64,000 nucleotides of DNA from Syncephalis fuscata S228 (taxonomy: Eukaryota > Fungi > Zoopagomycota), in assembly GCA_025786725.1 (NCBI GenBank), contig JAHLTZ010000002.1, positions 496,001-560,000 of the forward strand. The letters run 5' to 3'. The stretch's first letter is position 1. Every line of letters starts with the position of its first letter. The notes under the pieces were generated by a model that saw nothing but the letters and a program-made list of their open reading frames with translations, did not search any database and was not told the DNA's origin. This document shows positions 50,962-63,641 of the stretch, piece by piece. A program made the translations under genes and the position numbers.

Positions 50962-53267
50962 ATTGATGGAATTATTATTTTATAGTCTTAATACTATTTG
51001 ATATCCACATTGTTTATCCTTAAATAAATATAGTTATTATCGTTAAATAAGATGTAATTAAGCGATTACATCTGCAAAGACAAATCCATTGTATACATGT
51101 TTACTCTAATGTTCTACACATACAACATAATCTATACTAATCATATATCATTGATATTGATGTTAGTACACTTATCATTTTACTGATACATAATCAACAA
51201 ATGATATTTAATGCAAAAAGGCTTTTATTCATTATCATTATCTCATTACTTTGCTATTAATAACTTTATTTTACGTCTTTATCAATACAATTTGCAAATT
51301 CTCTTTAAACTTTTTTTAGTCAGTATTCTATATGTTTGGAAAATCAAGTTTAACATACATTAATAATGCAACTAATACACCTATAATTTGATTATCATAT
51401 TTATCCACTTATATTTGCTTATTAATGGCACTTTAGATTATTTTATGCACCATTAAATACACAGACATTAATAAGCAAAAGAGCTGTATTTATTGGTTAT
51501 CTGATGCACCTTGGAATACATCGGATAAATTAATTACCGTTTATTGCATTCTGATATACTTGTTACCGTTATTCCACTGGTGTATATATAGAATAACAGG
51601 AATAATCTTGTTTATGAATTCCATTGTCTCTTGAATGCCAAGCAGCAGCATTTGAATTTATTATAATATTTGAAACTACGCTATTGTATTTCATTAGTTT
51701 GATTGGAAGAATATGACTGAAATGATATAGTTACTAAAATCCAACTCTACAGTTTATCCCAATAAACTATGACCATTATATTCAAATTGTTTAAACAATA
51801 TCAAAAAACTAAAACTGTACTACTACACTATCCAACAAAGCATCTATATAACTTTTATTAAGCATATTGTGCTATATTTGAACTGTATCACTTTAACTAC
51901 GTAAATAATGTATAGCTCGTTTGTTTATTTTAATTTCTCAAATTAAGCAACTGCCATTTGCAATCTCAACTAATTAGTTCCACTTTTTAATGAATCATTA
52001 TACTGATATAGTATAGCCATTACTACAATGTGACATCTACGCCACAGCTTATCCCACCATACTGGTTTAACAGTCCTAGGCGGTGCCAGGTTGATAGTTA
52101 ATCGATATTACCGTTATAGTGGCACAAATCAACCAAATGGGTCTGTATTTTCACATGTATCTATAACTGTGCCTTAACTGGTTGTATATCTTAGTTTCAT
52201 CTGTGTAATACTAATCAGAATTGAAATTCATTTCTCATCTTGTTTGGAACACAATGCTTTCACCCAGTTTCATTTAATAGCATCTTTATTTCTTTCACTC
52301 TCCCCTTCACACTTTTCTTCCTCTCTTTCACACTTTGACACACACACACACACTCTCTCTCACTTGTTCTCTCATTCTCTTTCACACACACACACACACA
52401 CACATTTCTCAGGTGTGTTCTCTTTTACGCTCAATTACTTTTCTACCATCCTTTATCATTTACAACACCATCCGTCAAACGCAGTATTTGTTGATCCTTG
52501 CATTTTTGTTATTGCGGAATAAACGCATCTCCAGTATATACGTGTGCACACGGGTTTACTACAGCCGACGAACCCAACAACGCACACAAAGACACTCACA
52601 CACTCACGCTTTATTGCTATTTGATCGGTTTACTACTGTTAAGCGCTAGCTTGTCATCTTGACAACCTATCTGCCTTGGAAGCACCGAGTAAGTTGCGGA
52701 CTTGTCAACTTGTCCTGGTTGCTTTGCCACCTTTACCTTATAAATCAAAAGATTATTAGGATTATTGGTGTAGTGGTGGCGGTATTTCTGCTCCTACTAC
52801 TACTACTACGTAATAACAATCATTTTCACTAAAATACGCTGGTGGATTATTTTATTTTAAGAAGTAGACGAATATTCCACACCCAAACAAGCGCATATTC
52901 CTTTAGCCCATTCATCCATCGTTTTGTTTGTTTGGTGGTTGGTTGAAAGTTTATTTGAAGAGTAGTACAATTGAAAGCATCGATATAAGATTTAAATCAT
53001 ATTAGTATCATCTTTGAAATATTTAAAAGAAAACAAGATTGGACAAAAAGTTACGTGCAGTCTATTCTTTGTCTTTAACAATATCACATCGGCCACAGAG
53101 TCATTCCATTGACCATACACTAGGAGCAATAGCATTGATTATTCATTGGTAGTATTTTAATTTATTGGTTTGATTATTACTATTATCAGTTGCAGTGATC
53201 GCTATTGATTGTAATAAATTTAACACTGGTGACAATAGTGGATTCAGCCTTAATAAATAAGCTAATA

Positions 53268-56150
53268 ATGAATCCAAGTCATCTGGAGCTGGATCGTATC
53301 CGGCATGAATATGGCCACAAGCTACGAATGCTTTCCGCCAATGTCAAAGACCAGATTTCTGAGCTGACCCAGCTAGCACAGGAAAATATATTTGCCGCCC
53401 CTATTATTGTCAAATTGATTGAAGACCGTATTCACGAGGTAAGATATTCTTAACTTGCTGGTAACCAGCCTTGGTTGTATTGCGCTATGATTTACATGTA
53501 ATAAATTGCTCATTCTTTATTTGAAACAACAGGCACCACCTAACCAGAAGCTACCTGCTTTCTACGTGCTTGATTCGATCTGCAAGATAGTCCGTCGCGA
53601 CTATTTATCGTTGTTTGAAAGGAATATTGCTAGAACATTTTTAGAGACGTATCGAGCAGTGGATCCAGATACAAAGCACCGCATGGAACGCATGCTGGCT
53701 ACATGGCGTACCAATGTTACGGGCTCGGTGTTCTCTAACAATACAATCAATAATATAGAGACGTATCTACCGAGACGAGGACCAGGAGCCGTGCACATGC
53801 ATGGTAATTCACATATGCACCAAATGCCTCGCCAGCATCCTTACCAGCGTCCGGTTAATTATGGTGGTAGTAATGGTTATCCACAAACAAAGGGTAGGTA
53901 TTGGGAATATACGAGAAATAGAAGATGCAACAGTAGTCGCGCTACCGCAACAGTAATTGCAACTACTACTACTTTTTGCAGCCGACAAGCCAGTCTACAT
54001 GATCTAACAATGGACTATTTATCCACAGATGACTATGGAACCAGTATGCCGCCGGCAACAGCTCCACGTCCCGACCCACCCATTCAATTGCCGCAGGTAA
54101 GTCAGTGCTTTGTTTTAAATATGAATTGTATAGATCGAATAAAATTGTTGATATGCATGGAAGTGTATGGCTACATGCAGAATGACTGGGATATCAATGC
54201 AATAGCATTGGTTGAACTGTTTATTTATTCGTAAGAGATCTGGTAACAACAAAGTTACACCAGTGTTTCTGTCGATACTTGGTGTGCTGTTAAAGTCTAC
54301 TCGACTCTATAGCTTTCCACGGAACTGTACTGGCATTAAATGCCATTTTATAGTTATATTTTAATAATGCCAATATTTGATATAAATGAATTGTGCGTTT
54401 ATTATGCTTGTTTATTGCTTTTGCTCTTTTGTTTTTATGATGTCATTATTGAACCTTTGTTCAGTAATAATAACTGCTGTTGACTATTATTATTGTTACT
54501 TAATAATAATAATAATAATAATAATAATTACGCATCGATGACTGTTTATTGCCTATTTCCTATTTGATATTAACCAATCTTTTATTTAATTGTGTATTTA
54601 CATGTGTTATCATGTAGAATCTGACCGCTTTGCTTGGGGGAATTACTCCGGAGCATATCCAATTGATGCAAGAAATACAAGGCACACTGACTATGAAGCA
54701 GCAACAATTAGCGCAACAGCCAAGTAACACGATGCTGCCCAATGTCATTAATGTACTTAAACAGGTAGGTATAGTCAATGATGAATTCTATATTTTATTT
54801 AGTAAACTTTTCTTTTTTTTTGACATGTATTTGTAATATTGAATCACCAGCTACTTGGTATGGTGCCAACACTTCAACTTAATCCAACCGTTGTTGCTGG
54901 TATTCGGCAAACATTGGCAATGCAAAGATCACCAACAATTGCCGCCACCATCGGAACTATGGCGACATCTATTCCATCCATAACTGGAACAACAAATGGT
55001 CTAGCTGGATTGGCTGCACTGGTTAGTAAGATAGCACCTACACCGGTGGCTATACCAACACCGGCACCGGCACCAGTACCAGTGCCAGCATCCATACCAG
55101 CTACTAACGGAGTAGCGACAAGTAAATTAGATCCAGCAATGATTGCATCACTTATTGGTCAATTGTCTTCAGTGCCCGGTTTATCAAAGACTGCTGTAAA
55201 ACCTAATGCTACACCATCGCTTACCCAAGAAGGCATTCAAAGGTACGTAATCATAAATCATTGGTTAATAATAAATACTTGTATTTACACTTATCGTCAA
55301 TTAGATCATGCTCGGGACTATTCGAGACACTTTACAGCGGCCTGGCACTACGTTGCAGACAGTGTGGACTGCGATTCCGAGATGACGAGCGTGGTCAAGA
55401 GCGAATGAGTGCTCATCTTGATCGGCATTTCAAACAGAATCGCCGTTTAAAAGAGCGAACTCGTAAAGTAATTTCTCGTAGTTGGTTTGTTCGTGATCAG
55501 GTAAGTAAATATTGGCCAATCAATGAATATACAGCCTATTTACTTGCTATTTATTAATTTATTTAGGATTGGATTCATTCGCGCTTAGTGGCCAATGAAG
55601 ATGAAAATGGTAAGATAATAGAGCACTACTAATGATATGGATAGCTAATAAGCTGTTATAGTATTCGCTAAAGGTACCACCAAAGAGGTACAAGTAGATC
55701 CAGAGGCCGTATTACGTGCTCGAACCGTTATTTCTCCACCAGAAGGCGAGAAAGCACCATGTCCTATCTGCCAAGAAAAGTTTGAAGAGTTTTGGTGCGA
55801 TGAAGAAGAAGAATGGATGCTACGTAATGCCGTCACCGCTAATGGCAAGATCTACCACGCTACATGTCATACAGATACTTCAATGGTTGAGGTAAGTATT
55901 GATATTGGCATTAGCATATAACTAACTAATGTATATTTAATATATATATTTTATTTATTCATAGGAAACTACAAGTTCTAATAGTTCTTCGGGTGCCAAT
56001 AGTCCTGCCGCATCTAATGTGCTAGGCAAGCGTAAACTTGATAGACGTTCAGAGGATCCAATGGCCACTAGTACACCGGCCACAGCAGGAAGCACCGCAT
56101 TCCAAAATGATGCTAAGAAAATGGCCGTTACCATTCAAATGGTGCGATAA
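53268..56150 (+). CDS. PCF11: mRNA 3'-end processing / termination factor Pcf11
   Basis: CID domain (KLPAFYVLDSICK), zinc finger CRQCGLRF...HLDRHF, Clp1-binding SRSWF, and second zinc finger CPICQEKF...EEEEW...IYHATC. Multiple introns, one of 521 nt. Confidence 0.95.
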
Positions 56151-56449
56151 TCTATATTATTTGTTATTTCTGCTTCATTGTAATATCCTACCGACCGTCA
56201 ATCAATCAATCAATTGATCAATCAACTAATCAATTTTTTATTTCATTTTTATTCATTTGCGCTATTCTTGCTGTTGTTAAACAAACACACAATACACAAT
56301 ACATTCTATATAAATTATATACTATACATTGACACATGTTAAATGGCAAAGACACGATTTAATAATAATAATAGATAGATATGTGCACATACACCAAAGT
56401 CTATGGACATAGGTGATATGGGTAGCCATGCTATAAAATAGATTGAAGT

Positions 56450-56947
56450 TTAAAACTGCCAGATAGCTGCACCAGCTGCTACTAACATACCGGCACCCAT
56501 GGTCATTACAGCCATTTGCTGTCTCTCGGCCGCATCAACTTCAACATGTCCCCATGGTGGTGAAGTAGCGGGAGCCCGGTCAGTATTGGCCGAACTATCG
56601 ATAATCGATTGTGGAGGAGTGTCATTTGACTTAGAACTGTTGCCGCCACTGCTCTTATCACTGTTACTATTGCTGTTGCTGTTACTATTGCTGTTACTGT
56701 TGCTATTGCTGTTATTGTTACTATTACTATTACTGTTACTGTTACTGTTACTGTTATTGTTATTATTGTTGCTATTGTTGTTACTGTTGTTACTGTTATT
56801 GTTATTGTTATTGTTATTATTATTATTATTATTATTGTTGTTGTTGTTGTTATTATTGTTATTGTTTTGCTGAGCAGCAACTAAATCGCTGTTAGCCAAC
56901 AATGCAATGGCTACAATTGCAAACGAGAGAATAACGGTTACGCGCAT
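56450..56947 (-). CDS. Small secreted Asn/Ser-rich, probably GPI-anchored surface protein
   Basis: Signal peptide MRVTVILSFAIVAIALLANSDLVAA, poly-N then (NS)n tract, DAA omega-like site and a hydrophobic C-terminus. Confidence 0.75.
   Translation of the reverse strand: MRVTVILSFAIVAIALLANSDLVAAQQNNNNNNNNNNNNNNNNNNNNNNNNSNNSNNNSNNNNNNSNSNSNSNSNSNNNSNSNSNSNSNSNSNSNSDKSSGGNSSKSNDTPPQSIIDSSANTDRAPATSPPWGHVEVDAAERQQMAVMTMGAGMLVAAGAAIWQF
56657..56868. repeat. Coding trinucleotide/hexanucleotide microsatellite (AAY)n / (AAYAGY)n on the minus strand
   Basis: Continuous run of ttg/tta/ctg triplets on the plus strand. Confidence 0.9.
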
Positions 56948-57397
56948 GATGCTACAGATGGATCTAAAGATAGTTAGAACTAGACGCAAACAAAGCTAAT
57001 CAAAGTGCTAGACAGTAGTAGTAGTAGTACTGGTAAAAGACAAGATGCTCAATTCCAAAATGATGAAAAGCAAAAGTTAAAGGCGGAGTCAAAAAGGATC
57101 GGTATTTGTATGAGGTGCCTTCTATTAGTGCATGACAATCCTTTGCATCAATAATATTGAGTGTGTGTGTGTCATATCTTTATCAAATATATTAATAAAC
57201 ACAGTTATAAAAATAAATATTATTAGTATTATTGTTAGATCATAGTCTTATTGGATTAGTAACAGCTGTTACAATTGCGTTACATGTATCATAGTATTAT
57301 TTAATAAAAACATGTAGAATTAGGAAATAATAACAAACGAAATACTAGGCACCAAATAAAAGAAAAAGCAGATATAAAATAGAAAACAGTAGAGATG

Positions 57398-60300
57398 TTA
57401 TGTTGTTGCATCATCGGGTGTGTTATCTATATGTCGTAGAGCACGGGTAGAGCGGGCAGACGAGCGATTCGATGACGCTCTTGCTACTAGCTTGTTATTG
57501 TTATTACCGCTATTACCAATGGCAGTTGAAACTTGACGACGAGCTGGGCGGGGTAGGCGGCGTGTTGCTTTAATGGCATGTTCTACCGATGGCAGTTCGC
57601 TGTAATTCTCCTTTATCGTTTCTGGACCACTACTACCTTGTGAGCTAGGTGGATCGAGTGGTGATGAGCCACTACTGTCCCCTTGTCTATTACTGATGCG
57701 AGGAGGTGAAATATCCATTGTATCAACGTGGTGGTGGTGGCGGTGTTGTTGATGACCACCAATTGTCGATTCAACAGGTGGCAAGCGGGTTGTATTGGGT
57801 GAAGGTCGGCGTCGGCGTTTATTTGGACGTTCCGATGGACTTGGCGACCAAGCATCATCTTCATCAGCATTGTGGCTAGTACGTGCGGCAATAGGACTAC
57901 TAGAAATGGTTGGTTCTTCCGAATTAAAATTCACTTCTGGCAGCATAGGTAGATGATGGTGTCCTTTGGCCGCAATTGGCTCGTCGTGTTCAATTGATCG
58001 TTGTATATTGCCGGTTTCTCTGAATTTCCGTAGAATAATATCATGTGGCCGCGTGGCTGGCCATTGACGAGGAAATTGATATTCTCGTCGTAATGGCGTA
58101 GCACCTGTAGGCTGATCAGGCTATTATTGTAATAATAATTATTATTGTAATTATTAGTAGTAATGTATTATGCTAACCTGAATGCCTGTAATAATCATGG
58201 TGTCAAATTCATTGCATGTTTGTTCTAATGTAGCGCACATAGTTTGTGATTGCTGTTCAACTACTTCTCTTATTTGATCCATCTAATAATACAGTCAAAT
58301 GTATGTATATATGTAAATATTTGATAGTAATTAAACATTAGCTTATTTACCTTCTGTTTCGTATCATGAGACATTGTCTTGCCAATATCTTCTAATCTAC
58401 CTGTACTCTGTTGCCATGTTTGATAGCCATCGAGACAATCTTGCGTAAACCCATTAATATGTGCTCGATATGGTTCCTTGAACAGATCTAATTGCGTATT
58501 GGCTATTGAAATGGATGAGTTAATAGGCTATATGTTTGTATTTTATTTTTTACCTTTACTGCTAATCTCATTGAGTGCATTGGCCGTATTATCAGTTGTT
58601 TCTAATTGTTGCTGTAGTGTATCTGCGACTACTGTTTCAACATCATTGCTTGCTTGTTGAATCTGTTCAACAGATGTGGCACCCTGTTGTTCTGTCACGT
58701 TTAATTGTCGAGTTGCAGTTTGCACCGTAGTTTGCAGTTCCGTTCTACAAGTCTCAATATTATCATTGGCCTTTGTAACGATTTCCACTTGTTCTTGAAC
58801 AAATGTGCGGCGCTGTATACAAAAGTTAATGAAATAACCAAACAAATAAATAAATAGTTAATGTTCATATAGAAAAGGATATCATTTAGAGATTGTGTAT
58901 TGGCACTTTGTGCTGCAGTTAACATGTTCTGTATGCCACGCTCTTGGCTATTAGTAAGATCCGTTAGAAGTTGCATCATACTCGAAACGACCGTTTGTTG
59001 AGCTTGTTTCGCTGCTTCTTGTTCCTTCTTTGCTACACAGTTCAGCTGTTCTAAATACAGACTAGAACGACGTTGCTATAGAGAAGAATAGTTGTAACTA
59101 TATATGCCACTAGACTAGCTAATAAACTACTTACTTCGTTTGCCACCTCTTGGGTCAATGCATTAATAATTGACATGAATGCATCATTCTGTGCCTTCAG
59201 TTGTTGTGTCATCGACTCGTATAATGACGTGATATTGCCATGTAATGTAGCATTGTGCGCTTTTGACTAGACTTTAATGTCAGTCAACGCATTAAATTAG
59301 ACTCACTATCTTACCTGATGTTCTAGCTGAGAAACTTCCTGCTTTAGTTGGTTGAACAGTGCGTTAAATGCTTCACGCGATACCTCTGCTTTTTGAAGAG
59401 CATTTTGCTGAAGATCATTGCAAATAAGCTGAGTTTTTTCGATAAACGTAGACATTGAGTCTATGTGCTGATCAAATTCCGACTTCATTAGATTGCCATG
59501 TGTATTAATCTCGGCCATCTTTAGTTCCACAGTAGTTGATGAGTTTTGTGCCAACTATAAAGAGTAATTAGAAGGCTAATTTGTAGGCTAGTCTGTATTA
59601 AATAATACACTTACATCTTCACACTGTTTAGAAAATGAATCGGTCATGACTGTATGCTCATCAATTAGATTCATCTGTACTTGTTGATTGTCGGTGATAT
59701 TCGCTTTTAATTCATGAGTACGTGTTTGAATAAATGACTGCATATGTGAGGCAGCCACCATATGTTGTGCTTCCACTTCTTTTTTACGATCAATCTTGGC
59801 ATGGAGTTGATCTACATCGACGGTTACTGATTGTAGCGTGCTTTCTAGAATAGTAGCCACCGCATTCAAACGCTCTTCTGTTGCAGTATGCGCGACTGTT
59901 AGCACTTCTTGTTCGGTTAAGTTTTGCTTTGTATTGCGAAGATCGATTTCGGTGCGTTCGAGTACTTCTCTGCTTTCTCTTAAATCACGCTCGGTTGTTT
60001 CGAGTATCTTCTTTGTTTCGGTGAATAGTTTCATTTGTTGTAAGAATTGCTCTTCTGCTTGGCGTAACTGCGCTTCAATAGTTTCTATCGCTTTGCGTTG
60101 TTCGGTCACCTTTTCCTTATTTGACGTATTTTCGAACATAAGCTGGTTGTACTCTTGTTTTGCCATATAAATGCCATTCTTCTCTTGAGTAGCCAGTAAT
60201 GCTGATTTCAAACGGTCAATTTCCGTGATATATTCCTTGATGAGCATTTGTTTGGTCATACGCTGATTGACCTCAGGCTTGTTGCGAATATTCTTGGCAC

Positions 60301-61565
60301 GGCGAGCATAATCAAGCGTACTTAGCGTCTCTTCACGTGCATTTTTTGCAGGCGATATAGTGGCAATAATGCATGTTTTGGTACGGCCACCCAATGAATC
60401 TTGTAGTAATCTTGTTAAATTAGAATCGCTATTGTATGCCATCGTTATTGTTTATTGATATTTAATCAGTGTGAATGTCTATGTATGTACACTTACCGAT
60501 ATGGTATATGACCAGCCTTGTCTACCAAAGCATTAATGACGCGACCCAGTGTTAGTAGACTTTTGTTGATGTTACCGGCCTCACGAGCCCGTTTGTTTTC
60601 CGCACCAGAACGGCCAACACTCTCAGAACCGGCCAAATCAACCAAGTTTAGCTTGCCGACCTTTAGTAGCTCCTCTCCATCTTCTGTGACCTCTTTAGTA
60701 TGCACAGTAATGGCGAATATGGCATGCGATCGCGATGAATTTTCATTGCATTTAGTCGCTGCTACTTGGCGCTTTCTAGATCCTTTCTTTAGCCACGCAA
60801 TGCCATCTCGTGCCGAGTTAACTGATACTTCTTCCAGCCCTTGAATAACCACTCGTCGCAGTCCTGATGGCTCTTTGTATATGGTCAACTTGCGATCGTC
60901 ATTAAAAGGCGACAAAAGATCGCGTAACTCTTCATTATACAATTCACTGTATGATAGTTTTACTGAAAATTCAGGCACGTTAGGATCCAGTATTTGAAAT
61001 AACCGATCCAAAGTACGAGGAATAATACCAGCATGGTAACCTTCTACATCTTCCAAATCGCCCTCCATTGTATAGCTAAACAAATAAACATTAGAGCAAA
61101 ATCTAATTAATTTGGTGTAAAACATACGTTTTTCCAGTGCCTGTTTGTCCATAGGCAAATATAGTGCAGTTATAGCCGTCAAGCACTTCTTTTAGTATAG
61201 GTGCAACAATATCATCATACACTGTTTCTTGCGTTGCATCTGGTCCAAATACACGGTCAAATGTGTATTTGCGGGATACTTCCGAGTTTACTTTGACCTC
61301 ACGGCCCGTAACACATGGCGTATCCACAACGGTAGACTGATTTTCACGCTGTTCACGTTCATTACGTCCGCTGTAGATTTGTATCGGCGCAGTTGGTTAG
61401 CGATGCACGCTATAGTCGGAATCTCAAAAACACTTACCGACAACGCACGACAACTTGGATATTCGCTTCTTTAACGTTGGCATGTTGTTTATGGAATGTA
61501 GGTTGGCGAAAATGTTCGCTGGGTGTAGTGCGCCCACTTGCAATCGAGTGCGTCGGGCTTGCCAT
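57398..61565 (-). CDS. bimC: Kinesin-5 (BimC/Cut7/Cin8/Eg5) mitotic motor
   Basis: [41 protein letters not shown], neck [11 protein letters not shown], coiled coil and BimC box [13 protein letters not shown]. About nine introns, one of them AT-AC. Confidence 0.96.
58815..58882 (-). other. U12-type (minor spliceosome) AT-AC intron, 68 nt
   Basis: Minus strand reads G|ATATCCTTTT...TTTCATTAAC ttttgtatAC|AG. Removal gives the in-frame join QSLN-E-RRTFVQ, and no usable GT donor exists nearby. Confidence 0.85.
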
Positions 61566-61863
61566 GATAGCGAGAATAATAACAACGATTACGGTCAAAT
61601 ACGCGATAGTATTCTTTCAAATACAAGTAGTTGATGACAAAACACAATCGAGCTATCGTAGAAAATACTAAACACGTCCAGGCAACTAAGAGAACAAAAA
61701 TAATCAATTGAAGAAAACGAACTTAATCTGAAGTGAATAGTCAAAGGTCAAAACGAATTGTCGCGTTGTATCAAATGGTGTTGTTATTTCAAAATAAACA
61801 TTTATTTAATGATTGGTGGAAGAGTATAAATCACGTGATGAGCAGCATATAACAGATGGTTTA

Positions 61864-63192
61864 TTATTGATTGATCTGTAAATCATAGTATTCTTCTAAA
61901 TGGTCTAATATTGCCGGAATACTGGCTAGTGTATTAAATGATCTGCGCTCTAATAAATTAATACGTAATACGTAATACGTAATAATAAGTTATTTATCAT
62001 ATGAAAAAATAGTATTATTTACCAGCGGCACTCATCTGTCCCTCTAACATATACATTAAATGATGATGAAAAATAAATACACTTGTTCCATATTCCAATG
62101 CTAGACGAATATAATCCTATTAATTATATTAGTATTTAGTCTAACATTTATAATCTATAATGTATAATCAACTTAAAGTTTAAATTAATTACCTCGACAC
62201 ATTGCCATGGTGTATGTTTGTGGCCAGCAAATAATGCAGGATTTTCCAATAATCCACGGGCTGCCATAATACCTAATAAAATAGAGAGTTAATGCGTTTA
62301 CTTTGTTTAATGAGTAACATGTCTACCATCGACTTTGGTTGCTGCATATACGTTATCAGCATCTTCCGCTGTAAATATATCTCCATTAGCTACTACAGGA
62401 ATGTTCGATTGTTCTTTAACCATTCGGATGGATTCGATATTGACTGGGACACTCGATCGTTGGTGTCGCGTGCGTCCATGAACGGTCAGCCAATCTGCAC
62501 CGGCCATTTCCATCTGACGAGCAAACTCCATAGTTTCACTAGTTATATTGGCGTTTATTATGATGATCAGTGCATTAATATTAATCAAACTTACCGTAAA
62601 TCCTGATGAATACGAATTTTAACTGAACAAGGAATATCGACTTGCGCTTTAACCTGGCGTACCATATCTCGTACCGTTTCCGGTTCTTCCATTAAACGTG
62701 AGCCGATACCTTCTTGGTAAGCCCATCGCTGAGGACAGCCACAATTGATATCCACAGCAGCAGCATGTCCTACAACTAGCTGGGCCGATCGTGTTAGATC
62801 AACGGGATCACGGGCGGCAAATTGGACTACCACTGGCGTATCGTCATCGTTGGTAGAGAAATCCGAGTCGCGTGCAAACGGTGACTTGTGAAATACATCA
62901 GCCAATGTCATAGGAGTATAGGCAATATCAACGCCATATCTAATGTAAAAAGCACGTATTATTATTATTATTATTAGCTTTCTAATTTTATACTTGCCCA
63001 CGGACTAATTCACGAAACGGCAGCTGGTTTAGACAATTATTTAGTACCAACTAGTAAAAAGTAGGTTCTATCTTGACAATCTACCTTTGAGTACCGCACC
63101 ATAGGTGCACATATGCTAACATATGGCCTATTCGCGCCAGCAGTAAATAGCTCCTCGACTGAGTAGCGTTTTCGTCTTTCTAATGTTGTCAT
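61864..63192 (-). CDS. DUS4: tRNA-dihydrouridine(20a/20b) synthase
   Basis: CAPMVRYSKLPFRELV...AYTPM, VVQFAA, DINCGCPQRWA, SVKIRI, TVHGRT, ANGDIF and MAARGLLENPALF motifs; includes a GC-AG intron at 62940-62997. Confidence 0.93.
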
Positions 63193-63641
63193 GCTGAGCA
63201 ATTTATTTAAAAAGAGGGAAATATGTTATTTAGTAGCTATTAATTAAATTGTAATGATTTGTGAGGTGAAAAAATACAATTAATTGCCACAGTTAGCTGT
63301 GGGTGTTGAAAAGAAAAAGAAAAAAGCTTATGTCCATATTTGGTAATATGAATTATCCAATTCTTTCAAAATTTTCTTATAACTAAAGAACTGGCTGACT
63401 ATATTCAGTATTATATTCAAATGATAGAAATATTTATATAACTAATGGATTTTCTTGAAAAATAAAACACATTCTTTTAACATTTCTTTTTTACGTTACA
63501 TGTTTATAAGTGCTACGTTTATTTGCTTGAACAGTATAACTCATACAAGTTGGTAATTCAAAAATATAAACTTTTACAGCCACAGCTAAAGTGCTATATT
63601 AACGAATAATAGTTTGTTTATAATTATCAAATAGTGCTAGT

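Noticed and set aside
56499-56880. Poly-Leu and Thr/Ile/Val ORFs overlapping the Asn-rich gene
   Set aside because: Alternative-frame and antisense readings of the same microsatellite.
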